From assembly GCF_963921235.1 (NCBI RefSeq), contig NC_086108.1, positions 114,888,001-114,952,000 on the forward strand: a stretch of 64,000 nucleotides of DNA, given 5' to 3'. The position numbers were made by a program, and so were the translations under genes. A model generated the notes under the pieces. It saw only the letters and a program-made list of their open reading frames with translations, had not been told where the DNA came from and did not search any database. Of this stretch, positions 36,501 through 51,500 are shown one piece after another (position 1 is the first letter of the stretch; each line of letters starts with the position of its first letter). Source of the stretch: Mobula hypostoma (taxonomy: Eukaryota).

Positions 36501-39500
36501 AGAGTGACTCCAGGGCAGTGTTGTACACAGTTAGTGAGAGTGACTCCAGGGCAGTGATGTACACAGTTAGTGAGAGTGACTCCAGGGCAGTGTTGTACAC
36601 AGTTAGTGAGAGTGGCTCGAGGGCTGTGTTGTACACAGTTAGTGAAAGTGACTCCAGGGCTGTGTTGTACACAGTTAGTGAGAGTGGCTCGAGGGCAGTG
36701 TTGTACACAGTTAGTGAGAGTGGCTCGAGGGCAGTGTTGTACACAGTTAGTGAGAGTGACTCCAGGGCTGTGTTGTACACAGTTAGTGAGAGTGGCTCGA
36801 GGGCTGTGTTGTACACAGTTAGTGAGAGTGACTCCAGGGCTGTGTTGTACACAGTTAGTGAGAGTGGCTCGAGGGCAGTGTTGTACACAGTTAGTGAGAG
36901 TGGCTCCAGGGCAGTGTTGTACACAGTTAGTGAGAGTGACTCCAGGGCAGTGATGTACACAGTTAGTGAGAGTGACTCCAGGGCTGTGTTGTACACAGTT
37001 AGTGAGAGTGACTCCAGGGCAGTGTTGTACACAGTTAGTGAGAGTGACTCCAGGGCTGTGTTGTACACAGTTAGTGAGAGTGACTCCAGGGCAGTGATGT
37101 ACACAGTTAGTGAGAGTGACTCCAGGGCAGTGTTGTACACAGTTAGTGAGAGTGACTCCAGGGCTGTGTTGTACACAGTTAGTGAGAGTGACTCCAGGGC
37201 AGTGTTGTACACAGTTAGTGAGAGTGGCTCGAGGGCTGTGTTGTACACAGTTAGTGAGAGTGACTCCAGGGCAGTGTTGTACACAGTTAGTGAGAGTGAC
37301 TCCAGGGCTGTGTTGTACACAGTTAGTGAGAGTGGCTCGAGTGCTGTGTTGTACACAGTTAGTGAGAGTGACTCCAGGGCAGTGATGTACACAGTTAGTG
37401 AGAGTGACTCCAGGGCTGTGTTGTACACAGTTAGTGAGAGTGACTCCAGGGCTAGTGGTACACAGTTAGTGAGAGTGGCTCGAGGGCAGTGTTGTACACA
37501 GTTAGTGAGAGTGACTCCAGGGCTGTGTTGTACACAGTTCGTGAGAGTGACTCTAAATCTGTGTTGTACACAGTTAGTGAGAGTGGCTCGAGGGCTGTGT
37601 TGTACACAGTTAGTGAGAGTGACTCCAGGGCTGTGTTGTACACAGTTAGTGAGAGTGACTCCAGGGCAGTGATGTACACAGTTAGTGAGAGTGACTCCAG
37701 GGCAGTGATGTACACAGTTAGTGAGAGTGACTCCAGGGCAGTGTTGTACACAGTTAGTGAGAGTGGCTCCAGGGCTGTGTTGTACACAGTTAGTGAGAGT
37801 GACTCCAGGGCTGTGTTGTACACAGTTAGTGAGAGTGGCTCGAGGGCAGTGTTGTACACAGTTAGTGAGAGTGGCTCCAGGGCAGTGTTGTACACAGTTA
37901 GTGAGAGTGACTCCAGGGCAGTGTTGTACACAGTTAGTGAGAGTGACTCCAGGGCAGTGTTGTACACAGTTAGTGAGAGTGACTCCAGGGCAGTGATGTA
38001 CACAGTTAGTGAGAGTGACTCCAGGGCAGTGTTGTACACAGTTAGTGAGAGTGACTCCAGGGCAGTGTTGTACACAGTTAGTGAGAGTGACTCCAGGGCT
38101 GTGTTGTACACAGTTAGTGAGAGTGACTCCAGGGCTGTGTTGTACACAGTTAGTGAGAGTGGCTCGAGGGCTGTGTTGTACACAGTTAGTGAGAGTGACT
38201 CCAGGGCTGTGTTGTACACAGTTAGTTAGAGTGACTCCAGGGCAGTGATGTACATAGTTAGTGAGAGTGACTCCAGGGCAGTGATGTACACAGTTAGTGA
38301 GAGTGACTCCAGGGCAGTGTTGTACACAGTTAGTGAGAGTGGCTCGAGGGCTGTGTTGTACACAGTTAGTGAGAGAGACTCCAGGGCTGTGTTGTACACG
38401 GTTAGTGAGAGTGGCTCGAGGGCAGTGTTGTACACAGGTAGTGAGAGTGGCTCGAGGGCAGTGTTGTACACAGTTAGTGAGAGTGACTCCAGGTCAATGT
38501 TGTACACAGTTAGTGAGAGTGACTCCAGGGCAGTGTTGTACACAGTTAGTGAGAGTGACTCCAGGGCAGTGATGTACACAGTTAGTGAGAGTGACTCCAG
38601 GGCAGTGTTGTACATAGTTAGTGAGAGTGACTCCAGGGCAGTGTTGTACACAGTTAGTGAGAGTGACTCCAGGGCTGTGTTGTACACAGTTAGTGAGAGT
38701 GACTCCAGGGCTGTGTTGTACACAGTTAGTGAGAGTGGCTCGAGGGCAGTGTTGTACACAGTTAGTGAGAGTGGCTCGAGGGCAGTGTTGTACACAGTTA
38801 GTGAGAGTGACTCCAGGGCTGTGTTGTACACAGTTAGTGAGAGTGGCTCGAGGGCTGTGTTGTACACAGTTAGTGAGAGTGACTCCAGGGCTGTGTTGTA
38901 CACAGTTAGTGAGAGTGGCTCCAGGGCTGTGTTGTACACAGTTAGTGAGAGTGACTCCAGGGCAGTGTTGTACACAGTTAGTGAGAGTGACTCCAGGGCA
39001 GTGATGTACACAGTTAGTGAGAGTGACTCCAGGGCAGTGTTGTACACAGTTAGTGAGAGTGGCTCGAGGGCTGTGTTGTACACAGTTAGTGAGAGTGACT
39101 CCAGGGCTGTGTTGTACACAGTTAGTGAGAGTGGCTCGAGGGCAGTGTTGTACACAGTTAGTGAGAGTGGCTCGAGGGCAGTGTTGTACACAGTTAGTGA
39201 GAGTGACTCCAGGGCTCTGTTGTACACAGTTAGTGAGAGTGGCTCGAGGGTTGTGTTGTACACATTTAGTGAGAGTGACTCCAGGGCTGTGTTGTACACA
39301 GTTAGTGAGAGTGGCTCGAGGGCAGTGTTGTACACAGTTAGTGAGAGTGGCTCGAGGGCAGTGTTGTACACAGTTAGTGAGAGTGGCTCGAGGGCAGTGT
39401 TGTACATAGTTAGTGAGAGTGACTCCAGGGCAGTGATGTACACAGTTAGTGAGAGTGACTCAAGGGCTGTGTTGTACACAGTTAGTGAGAGTGACTCCAG

Positions 39501-42500
39501 GGCATTGTTGTACACAGTTAGTGAGAGTGACTCCAGGGCAGTGTTGTACACAGTTAGTGAGAGTGACTCCAGGGCAGTGATGTACACAGTTAGTGAGAGT
39601 GTCTCGAGGGCAGTGTTGTACACAGTTAGTGAGAGTGACTCCAGGGCTCTGTTGTACACAGTTAGTGAGAGTGACTCCAGTGCATTGTTGTACACAGTTA
39701 GTGAGAGTGACTCGAGGGCAGTGATGTACACAGTTAGTGAGAGTGGCTCGAGGGCAGTGTTGTACACAGTTAGTGAGAGTGACTCCAGGGCAGTGATGTA
39801 CACAGTTAGTGAGAGTGACTCCAGGGCAGTGTTGTACACAGTTAGTGAGAGTGGCTCGAGGGCTGTGTTGTACACAGTTAGTGAGAGTGACTCCAGGGCA
39901 GTGTTGTACACAGTTAGTGAGAGTGACTCCAGGGCAGTGATGTACACAGTTAGTGAGAGTGACTCCAGGGCAGTGTTGTACACAGTTAGTGAGAGTGACT
40001 CCAGGGCAGTGATGTACACAGTTAGTGAGAGTGACTCCAGGGCAGTGATGTACACAGTTAGTGAGAGTGACTCCAGGGCAGTGATGTACACAGTTAGTGA
40101 GAGTGACTCCAGGGCAGTGATGTACACAGTTAGTGAGAGTGACTCCAGGGCTGTGTTGTACACAGTTAGTGAGAGTGACTCCAGGGCTGTGTTGTACACA
40201 GTTAGTGAGAGTGGCTCGAGGGCTGTGTTGTACACAGTTAGTGAGAGTGACTCCAGGGCAGTGTTGTACACAGTTAGTGAGAGTGACTCCAGGGCTGTGT
40301 TGTACACAGATAGTGAGAGTGGCTTGAGTGCTGTGTTGTACACAGTTAGTGAGAGTGACTCCAGGGCAGTGAAGTACACAGTTAGTGAGAATGACTCCAG
40401 GGCTGTGTTGTACACAGTTAGTGAGAGTGACTCCAGGGCTAGTGGTACACAGTTAGTGAGAGTGGCTCGAGGGCAGTGTTGTACACAGTTAGTGAGAGTG
40501 ACTCCAGGGCAGTGTTGTACACAGTTAGTGAGAGTGACTCCAGGGCAGTGATGTACACAGTTAGTGAGAGTGACTCCAGGGCAGTGTTGTACACAGTTAG
40601 TGAGAGTGACTCCAGGGCAGTGTTGTACACAGTTAGTGAGAGTGACTCCAGGGCTGTGTTGTACACAGTTAGTGAGAGTGACTCCAGGGCAGTGTTGTAC
40701 ACAGTTAGTGAGAGTGACTCCAGGGCAGTGATGTACACAGTTAGTGAGAGTGGCTCGAGGGCAGTGTTGTACACAGTTAGTGAGAGTGACTCCAGGGCAG
40801 TGATGTACACAGTTAGTGAGAGTGACTCGAGGGCAGTGATGTACACAGTTAGTGAGAGTGACTCCAGGGCTGTGTCGTACACAGTTAGTGAGAGTGACTC
40901 CAGGGCTGTGTCGTACACAGTTAGTGAGAGTGACTCCAGTGCATTGTTGTATACAGTTAGTGAGAGTGACTCCAGGGCAGTGTTGTACACAGTTAGTGAG
41001 AGTGACTTCAGGGCATTGTTGTACACAGTTAGTGCGAGTGACTCCAGGGCAGTGTTGTACACAGTTAGTGAGAGTGGCTCGAGGGCTGTGTTGTACACAG
41101 TTAGTGAGAGTGACTCCAGGGCTGTGTTGTACACAGTTAGTGAGAGTGGCTCGAGGGCAGTGTTGTACACAGTTAGTGAGAGTGACTCCAGGGCAGTGTT
41201 GTACACAGTTAGTGAGAGTGACTCCAGGGCAGTGATGTACACAGTTAGTGAGAGTGACTCCAGGGCAGTGTTGTACACAGTTAGTGAGAGTGGCTCGAGG
41301 GCTGTGTTGTACACAGTTAGTGAGAGTGACTCCAGGGCTGTGTTGTACACAGTTAGTGAGAGTGGCTCGAGGGCAGTGTTGTACACAGTTAGTGAGAGTG
41401 GCTCGAGGGCAGTGTTGTACACAGTTAGTGAGAGTGACTCCAGGGCTGTGTTGTACACAGTTAGTGAGAGTGGCTCGAGGGTTGTGTTGTACACAGTTAG
41501 TGAGAGTGACTCCAGGGCTGTGTTGTACACAGTTAGTGAGAGTGGCTCGAGGGCAGTGTTGTACACAGTTAGTGAGAGTGGCTCGAGGGCAGTGTTGTAC
41601 ACAGTTAGTGAGAGTGACTCCAGGGCAGTGTTGTACACAGTTAGTGAGAGTGACTCCAGGGCAGTGATGTACACAGTTAGTGAGAGTGACTCCAGGGCTG
41701 TGTTGTACACAGTTAGTGAGAGTGACTCCAGGGCATTGTTGTACACAGTTAGTGAGAGTGACTCCAGGGCAGTGTTGTACACAGTTAGTGAGAGTGACTC
41801 CAGGGCAGTGATGTACACAGTTAGTGAGAGTGACTCCAGGGCAGTGTTGTACACAGTTAGTGAGAGTGACTCCAGGGCTGTGTTGTACACAGTTAGTGAG
41901 AGTGACTCCAGGGCAGTGTTGTACACAGTTAGTGAGAGTGACTCCAGGGCAGTGATGTACACAGTTAGTGAGAGTGGCTCGAGGGCAGTGTTGTACACAG
42001 TTAGTGAGAGTGACTCCAGGGCAGTGATGTACACAGTTAGTGAGAGTGACTCCAGGGCTGTGTTGTACACAGTTAGTGAGAGTGACTCCAGGGCTGTGTT
42101 GTACACAGTTAGTGAGAGTGACTCCAGGGCAGTGTTGTACACAGTTAGTGAGAGTGACTCCAGGGCAGTGATGTACACAGTTAGTGAGAGTGACTCCAGG
42201 GCAGTGTTGTACACAGTTAGTGAGAGTGACTCCAGGGCAGTGATGTACACAGTTAGTGAGAGTGACTCCAGGGCAGTGATGTACACAGTTAGTGAGAGTG
42301 ACTCCAGGGCAGTGATGTACACAGTTAGTGAGAGTGACTCCAGGGCAGTGTTGTACACAGTTAGTGAGAGTGACTCCAGGGCTGTGTTGTACACAGTTAG
42401 TGAGAGTGGCTCGAGGGCTGTGTTGTACACAGTTAGTGAGAGTGACTCCAGGGCAGTGTTGTACACAGTTAGTGAGAGTGACTCCAGGGCTGTGTTGTAC

Positions 42501-45500
42501 ACAGTTAGTGAGAGTGGCTCGAGTGCTGTGTTGTACACAGTTAGTGAGAGTGACTCCAGGGCAGTGATGTACACAGTTAGTGAGAGTGACTCCAGGGCTG
42601 TGTTGTACACAGTTAGTGAGAGTGACTCCAGGGCTAGTGGTACACAGTTAGTGAGAGTGGCTCGAGGGCAGTGTTGTACACAGTTAGTGAGAGTGACTCC
42701 AGGGCTGTGTTGTACACAGTTAGTGAGAGTGACTCTAAATCTGTGTTGTACACAGTTAGTGAGAGTGGCTCGAGGGCTGTGTTGTACACAGTTAGTGAGA
42801 GTGACTCCAGGGCTGTGTTGTACACAGTTAGTGAGAGTGACTCCAGGGCAGTGATGTACACAGTTAGTGAGAGTGACTCCAGGGCAGTGATGTACACAGT
42901 TAGTGAGAGTGACTCCAGGGCAGTGTTGTACACAGTTAGTGAGAGTGGCTCGAGGGCTGTGTTGTACACAGTTAGTGAGAGTGACTCCAGGGCTGTGTTG
43001 TACACAGTTAGTGAGAGTGGCTCGAGGGCAGTGTTGTACACAGTTAGTGAGAGTGGCTCGAGGGCAGTGTTGTACACAGTTAGTGAGAGTGACTCCAGGG
43101 CAGTGTTGTACACAGTTAGTGAGAGTGACTCAAGGGCAGTGATGTACACAGTTAGTGAGAGTGACTCCAGGGCTGTGTTGTACACAGTTAGTGAGAGTGA
43201 CTCCAGGGCATTGTTGTACGCAGTTAGTGAGAGTGATTCCAGTGCTGTGTTGTACACAAATAGTGAGAGTGACTCCAGGGCAGTGATGTACACAGTTAGT
43301 GAGAGTGGCTCGAGGGCAGTGTTGTACACAGTTAGTGAGAGTGACTCCAGGGCAGTGATGTACACAGTTAGTGAGAGTGACTCCAGGGCAGTGATGTACA
43401 CAGTTAGTGAGAGTGACTCCAGGGCTGTGTTGTACACAGTTAGTGAGAGTGACTCCAGGGCAGTGTTGTACACAGTTAGTGAGAGTGACTCCAGGGCAGT
43501 GTTGTACACAGTTAGTGAGAGTGGCTCGAGGGCTGTGTTGTACACAGTTAGTGAGAGTGACTCCAGGGCAGTGTTGTACACAGTTAGTGAGAGTGACTCC
43601 AGGGCAGTGATGTACACAGTTAGTGAGAGTGACTCCAGGGCACTGATGTACACAGTTAGTGAGAGTGACTCCAGGCAGTGTTGTACACAGTTAGTGAGAG
43701 TGACTCCAGGGCAGTGATGTACACAGTTAGTGAGAGTGACTCCAGGGCAGTGTTGTACACAGTTAGTGAGAGTGGCTCGAGGGCTGTGTTGTACACAGTT
43801 AGTGAGAGTGACTCCAGGGCAGTGTTGTACACAGTTAGTGAGAGTGACTCCAGGGCTGTGTTGTACACAGTTAGTGAGAGTGACTCCAGGGCTGTGTTGT
43901 ACACAGTTAGTGAGAGTGACTCCAGGGCAGTGTTGTACACAGTTAGTGAGAGTGACTCCAGGGCTGTGTTGTACACAGTTAGTGAGAGTGACTCCAGGGC
44001 AGTGTTGTACACAGTTAGTGAGAGTGGCTCGAGGGCTGTGTTGTACACAGTTAGTGAGAGTGACTCCAGGGCTGTGTTGTACACAGTTAGTGAGAGTGGC
44101 TCGAGGGCAGTGTTGTACACAGTTAGTGAGAGTGGCTCGAGGGCAGTGTTGTACACAGTTAGTGAGAGTGACTCCAGGGCAGTGTTGTACACAGTTAGTG
44201 AGAGTGACTCCAGGGCAGTGATGTACACAGTTAGTGAGAGTGACTCCAGGGCAGTGTTGTACACAGTTAGTGAGAGTGACTCCAGGGCAGTGTTGTACAC
44301 AGTTAGTGAGAGTGGCTCGAGGGCTGTGTTGTACACAGTTAGTGAGAGTGACTCCAGGGCTGTGTTGTACACAGTTAGTGAGAGTGGCTCGAGGGCAGTG
44401 TTGTACACAGTTAGTGAGAGTGGCTCGAGGGCAGTGTTGTACACAGTTAGTGAGAGTGACTCCAGGGCAGTGTTGTACACAGTTAGTGAGAGTGACTCCA
44501 GGGCAGTGATGTACACAGTTAGTGAGAGTGACTCCAGGGCTGTGTTGTACACAGTTAGTGAGAGTGACTCCAGGGCATTGTTGTACACAGTTAGTGAGAG
44601 TGACTCCAGGGCTGTGTTGTACACAGTTAGTGAGAGTGACTCCAGGGCAGTGATGTACACAGTTAGTGAGAGTGGCTCGAGGGCAGTGTTGTACACAGTT
44701 AGTGAGAGTGACTCCAGGGCAGTGATGTACACAGTTAGTGAGAGTGACTCCAGGGCAGTGATGTACACAGTTAGTGAGAGTGACTCCAGGGCTGTGTTGT
44801 ACACAGTTAGTGAGAGTGACTCCAGGGCAGTGTTGTACACAGTTAGTGAGAGTGACTCCAGGGCAGTGTTGTACACAGTTAGTGAGAGTGACTCCAGGGC
44901 TGTGTTGTACACAGTTAGTGAGAGTGACTCCAGGGCAGTGTTGTACACAGTTAGTGAGAGTGACTCCAGGGCAGTGATGTACACAGTTAGTGAGAGTGAC
45001 TCCAGGGCACTGATGTACACAGTTAGTGAGAGTGACTCCAGGGCAGTGATGTACACAGTTAGTGAGAGTGACTCCAGGGCAGTGTTGTACACAGTTAGTG
45101 AGAGTGGCTCGAGGGCTGTGTTGTACACAGTTAGTGAGAGTGACTCCAGGGCAGTGATGTACACAGTTAGTGAGAGTGACTCCAGGGCTGTGTTGTACAC
45201 AGTTAGTGAGAGTGACTCCAGGGCTGTGTTGTACACAGTTAGTGAGAGTGACTCCAGGGCAGTGTTGTACACAGTTAGTGAGAGTGACTCCAGGGCTGTG
45301 TTGTACACAGTTAGTGAGAGTGACTCCAGGGCAGTGTTGTACACAGTTAGTGAGAGTGGCTCGAGGGCTGTGTTGTACACAGTTAGTGAGAGTGACTCCA
45401 GGGCTGTGTTGTACACAGTTAGTGAGAGTGGCTCGAGGGCAGTGTTGTACACAGTTAGTGAGAGTGACTCCAGGGCTGTGTTGTACACAGTTAGTGAGAG

Positions 45501-48500
45501 TGGCTCGAGGGCAGTGTTGTACACAGTTAGTGAGAGTGGCTCGAGGGCAGTGTTGTACACAGTTAGTGAGAGTGACTCCAGGGCAGTGTTGTACACAGTT
45601 AGTGAGAGTGACTCCAGGGCAGTGATGTACACAGTTAGTGAGAGTGACTCCAGGGCTGTGTTGTACACAGTTAGTGAGAGTGACTCCAGGGCATTGTTGT
45701 ACACAGTTAGTGAGAGTGACTCCAGGGCTGTGTTGTACAGAGTTAGTGAGAGTGACTCCAGGGCAGTGATGTACACAGTTAGTGAGAGTGACTCCAGGGC
45801 AGTGTTGTACACAGTTAGTGAGAGTGACTCCAGGGCTGTGTTGTACACAGTTAGTGAGAGTGACTCCAGGGCAGTGTTGTACACAGTTAGTGAGAGTGAC
45901 TCCAGGGCAGTGTTGTACACAGTTAGTGAGAGTGGCTCGAGGGCAGTGTTGTACACAGTTAGTGAGAGTGACTCCAGGGCAGTGATGTACACAGTTAGTG
46001 AGAGTGACTCCAGGGCAGTGTTGTACACAGTTAGTGAGAGTGACTCCAGGGCTGTGTTGTACACAGTTAGTGAGAGTGACTCCAGGGCAGTGTTGTACAC
46101 AGTTAGTGAGAGTGACTCCAGGGCAGTGATGTACACAGTTAGTGAGAGTGACTCCAGGGCAGTGTTGTACACAGTTAGTGAGAGTGACTCCAGGGCAGTG
46201 ATGTACACAGTTAGTGAGAGTGACTCCAGGGCAGTGATGTACACAGTTAGTGAGAGTGACTCCAGGGCAGTGATGTACACAGTTAGTGAGAGTGACTCCA
46301 GGGCAGTGATGTACACAGTTAGTGAGAGTGACTCCAGGGCTGTGTTGTACACAGTTAGTGAGAGTGACTCCAGGGCTGTGTTGTACACAGTTAGTGAGAG
46401 TGGCTCGAGGGCTGTGTTGTACACAGTTAGTGAGAGTGACTCCAGGGCAGTGTTGTACACAGTTAGTGAGAGTGACTCCAGGGCTGTGTTGTACACAGTT
46501 AGTGAGAGTGACTCCAGGGCTGTGTTGTACACAGTTAGTGAGAGTGACTCCAGGGCAGTGGTGTACACAGTTAGTGAGAGTGACTCCAGGGCTGTGTTGT
46601 ACACAGTTAGTGAGAGTGACTCCAGGGCTAGTGGTACACAGTTAGTGAGAGTGGCTCGAGGGCAGTGTTGTACACAGTTAGTGAGAGTGGCTCGAGGGCA
46701 GTGTTGTACACAGTTAGTGAGAGTGACTCCAGGGCAGTGTTGTACACAGTTAGTGAGAGTGACTCCAGGGCAGTGTTGTACACAGTTAGTGAGAGTGACT
46801 CCAGGGCTGTGTTGTACACAGTTAGTGAGAGTGACTCCAGGGCATTGTTGTACGCAGTTAGTGAGAGTGATTCCAGGGCTGTGTTGTACACAGTTAGTGA
46901 GAGTGACTCCAGGGCAGTGATGTACACAGTTAGTGAGAGTGGCTCGAGGGCAGTGTTGTACACAGTTAGTGAGAGTGACTCCAGGGCAGTGATGTACACA
47001 GTTAGTGAGAGTGACTCCAGGGCAGTGATGTACACAGTTAGTGAGAGTGACTCCAGGGCTGTGTCGTACACAGTTAGTGAGAGTGACTCCAGGGCTGTGT
47101 CATACACAGTTAGTGAGAGTGACTCCAGGGATTTGTTGTACACAGTTAGTGAGAGTGGCTCGAGGGCTGTGTTGTACACAGTTAGTGAGAGTGACTCCAG
47201 GGCAGTGTTGTACACAGTTAGTGAGAGTGACTCCAGGGCAGTGATGTACACAGTTAGTGAGAGTGACTCCAGGGCACTGATGTACACAGTTAGTGAGAGT
47301 GACTCCAGGCAGTGTTGTACACAGTTAGTGAGAGTGACTCCAGGGCAGTGATGTACACAGTTAGTGCGAGTGACTCCAGGGCAGTGTTGTACACAGTTAG
47401 TGAGAGTGGCTCGAGGGCTGTGTTGTACACAGTTAGTGAGAGTGACTCCAGGGCAGTGATGTACACAGTTAGTGAGAGTGACTCCAGGGCTGTGTCGTAC
47501 ACAGTTAGTGAGAGTGACTCCAGGGCTGTGTTGTACACAGTTAGTGAGAGTGACTCCAGGGCATTGTTGTACACAGTTAGTGAGAGTGACTCCAGGGCTG
47601 TGTTGTACACAGTTAGTGAGAGTGACTCCAGGGCAGTGTTGTACACAGTTAGTGAGAGTGGCTCGAGGGCTGTGTTGTACACAGTTAGTGAGAGTGACTC
47701 CAGGGCTGTGTTGTACACAGTTAGTGAGAGTGGCTCGAGGGCAGTGTTGTACACAGTTAGTGAGAGTGACTCCAGGGCTGTGTTGTACACAGTTAGTGAG
47801 AGTGGCTCGAGGGCAGTGTTGTACACAGTTAGTGAGAGTGGCTCGAGGGCAGGGTTGTACACAGTTCGTGAGAGTGGCTCGAGGGCAGTGTTGTACATAG
47901 TTAGTGAGAGTGACTCCAGGGCAGTGATGTACACAGTTAGTGAGAGTGACTCAAGGGCTGTGTTGTACACAGTTAGTGAGAGTGACTCCAGGGCATTGTT
48001 GTACACAGTTAGTGAGAGTGACTCCAGGGCTGTGTTGTACACAGTTAGTGAGAGTGACTCCAGGGCAGTGATGTACACAGTTAGTGAGAGTGTCTCGAGG
48101 GCAGTGTTGTACACAGTTAGTGAGAGTGACTCCAGGGCTGTGTTGTACACAGTTAGTGAGAGTGACTCCAGTGCATTGTTGTACGCAGTTAGTGAGAGTG
48201 ACTCGAGGGCAGTGATGTACACAGTTAGTGAGAGTGGCTCGAGGGCAGTGTTGTACACAGTTAGTGAGAGTGACTCCAGGGCAGTGATGTACACAGTTAG
48301 TGAGAGTGACTCCAGGGCAGTGTTGTACACAGTTAGTGAGAGTGGCTCGAGGGCTGTGTTGTACACAGTTAGTGAGAGTGACTCCAGGGCAGTGTTGTAC
48401 ACAGTTAGTGAGAGTGACTCCAGGGCAGTGATGTACACAGTTAGTGAGAGTGACTCCAGGGCAGTGTTGTACACAGTTAGTGAGAGTGACTCCAGGGCAG

Positions 48501-51500
48501 TGATGTACACAGTTAGTGAGAGTGACTCCAGGGCAGTGATGTACACAGTTAGTGAGAGTGACTCCAGGGCAGTGATGTACACAGTTAGTGAGAGTGACTC
48601 CAGGGCAGTGATGTACACAGTTAGTGAGAGTGACTCCAGGGCTGTGTTGTACACAGTTAGTGAGAGTGACTCCAGGGCTGTGTTGTACACAGTTAGTGAG
48701 AGTGGCTCGAGGGCTGTGTTGTACACAGTTAGTGAGAGTGACTCCAGGGCCGTGTTGTACACAGTTAGTGAGAGTGACTCCAGGGCTGTGTTGTACACAG
48801 TTAGTGAGAGTGACTCCAGGGCTGTGTTGTACACAGTTAGTGAGAGTGACTCCAGGGCAGTGATGTACACAGTTAGTGAGAGTGACTCCATGGCTGTGTT
48901 GTACACACTTAGTGAGAGTGACTCCAGGGCTAGTGGTACACAGTTAGTGAGAGTGGCTCGAGGGCAGTGTTGTACACAGTTAGTGAGAGTGACTCCAGGG
49001 CTGTGTTGTACACAGTTAGTGAGAGTGACTCTAAATCTGTGTTGTACACAGTTAGTGAGAGTGGCTCGAGGGCTGTGTTGTACACAGTTAGTGAGAGTGA
49101 CTCCAGGGCTGTGTTGTACACAGTTAGTGAGAGTGACTCCAGGGCAGTGTTGTACACAGTTAGTGAGAGTGACTCCAGGGCAGTGATGTACACAGTTAGT
49201 GAGAGTGACTCCAGGGCAGTGTTGTACACAGTTAGTGAGAGTGGCTCGAGGGCTGTGTTGTACACAGTTAGTGAGAGTGACTCCAGGGCTGTGTTGTACA
49301 GAGTTAGTGAGAGTGACTCCAGGGCAGTGTTGTACACAGTTAGTGAGAGTGGCTCGAGGGCAGTGTTGTACACAGTTAGTGAGAGTGACTCCAGGGCTGT
49401 GTTGTACACAGTTAGTGAGAGTGACTCCAGGGCAGTGTTGTACACAGTTAGTGAGAGTGACTCCAGGGCAGTGATGTACACAGTTAGTGAGAGTGGCTCG
49501 AGGGCAGTGTTGTACACAGTTAGTGAGAGTGACTCCAGGGCAGTGATGTACACAGTTAGTGAGAGTGACTCCAGGGCAGTGATGTACACAGTTAGTGAGA
49601 GTGACTCCAGGGCTGTGTCGTACACAGTTAGTGAGAGTGACTCCAGGGCTGTGTCGTACACAGTTAGTGAGAGTGACTCCAGGGCATTGTTGTATACAGT
49701 TAGTGAGAGTGACTCCAGGGCAGTGTTGTACACAGTTAGTGAGAGTGGCTCGAGGGCAGTGTTGTACACAGTTAGTGAGAGTGACTCCAGGGCAGTGTTG
49801 TACACAGTTAGTGAGAGTGACTCCAGGGCAGTGATGTACACAGTTAGTGAGAGTGACTCCAGGGCTGTGTTGTACACAGTTAGTGAGAGTGACTCCAGGG
49901 CATTGTTGTACACAGTTAGTGAGAGTGACTCCAGGGCTGTGTTGTACACAGTTAGTGAGAGTGACTCCAGGGCAGTGATGTACACAGTTAGTGAGAGTGG
50001 CTCGAGGGCAGTGTTGTACACAGTTAGTGAGAGTGACTCCAGGGCAGTGATGTACACAGTTAGTGAGAGTGACTCCAGGGCAGTGATGTACACAGTTAGT
50101 GAGAGTGACTCCAGGGCTGTGTTGTACACAGTTAGTGAGAGTGACTCCAGGGCTGTGTTGTACACAGTTAGTGAGAGTGACTCCAGGGCTGTGTTGTACA
50201 CAGTTAGTGAGAGTGGCTCCAGGGCTGTGTTGTACACAGTTAGTGAGAGTGACTCCAGGGCAGTGTTGTACACAGTTAGTGAGAGTGACTCCAGGGCAGT
50301 GATGTACACAGTTAGTGAGAGTGACTCCAGGGCACTGATGTACACAGTTAGTGAGAGTGACTCCAGGCAGTGTTGTACACAGTTAGTGAGAGTGACTCCA
50401 GGGCAGTGATGTACACAGTTAGTGAGAGTGACTCCAGGGCAGTGTTGTACACAGTTAGTGAGAGTGACTCCAGGGCTGTGTTGTACACAGTTAGTGAGAG
50501 TGACTCCAGGGCAGTGATGTACACAGTTAGTGAGAGTGACTCCAGGGCTGTGTTGTACACAGTTAGTGAGAGTGACTCCAGGGCTGTGTTGTACACAGTT
50601 AGTGAGAGTGACTCCAGGGCAGTGTTGTACACAGTTAGTGAGAGTGACTCCAGGGCTGTGTTGTACACAGTTAGTGAGAGTGACTCCAGGGCAGTGTTGT
50701 ACACAGTTAGTGAGAGTGGCTCGAGGGCTGTGTTGTACACAGTTAGTGAGAGTGACTCCAGGGCTGTGTTGTACACAGTTAGTGAGAGTGGCTCGAGGGC
50801 AGTGTTGTACACAGTTAGTGAGAGTGACTCCAGGGCTGTGTTGTACACAGTTAGTGAGAGTGGCTCGAGGGCAGTGTTGTACACAGTTAGTGAGAGTGGC
50901 TCGAGGGCAGTGTTGTACACAGTTAGTGAGAGTGACTCCAGGGCAGTGTTGTACACAGTTAGTGAGAGTGACTCCAGGGCAGTGATGTACACAGTTAGTG
51001 AGAGTGACTCCAGGGCTGTGTTGTACACAGTTAGTGAGAGTGACTCCAGGGCATTGTTGTACACAGTTAGTGAGAGTGACTCCAGGGCTGTGTTGTACAC
51101 AGTTAGTGAGAGTGACTCCAGGGCAGTGTTGTACACAGTTAGTGAGAGTGACTCCAGGGCAGTGTTGTACACAGTTAGTGAGAGTGGCTCGAGGGCTGTG
51201 TTGTACACAGTTAGTGAGAGTGACTCCAGGGCAGTGTTGTACACAGTTAGTGAGAGTGACTCCAGGGCAGTGATGTACACAGTTAGTGAGAGTGGCTCGA
51301 GGGCAGTGTTGTACACAGTTAGTGAGAGTGACTCCAGGGCAGTGATGTACACAGTTAGTGAGAGTGACTCCAGGGCAGTGTTGTACACAGTTAGTGAGAG
51401 TGACTCCAGGGCTGTGTTGTACACAGTTAGTGAGAGTGACTCCAGGGCAGTGTTGTACACAGTTAGTGAGAGTGACTCCAGGGCAGTGATGTACACAGTT

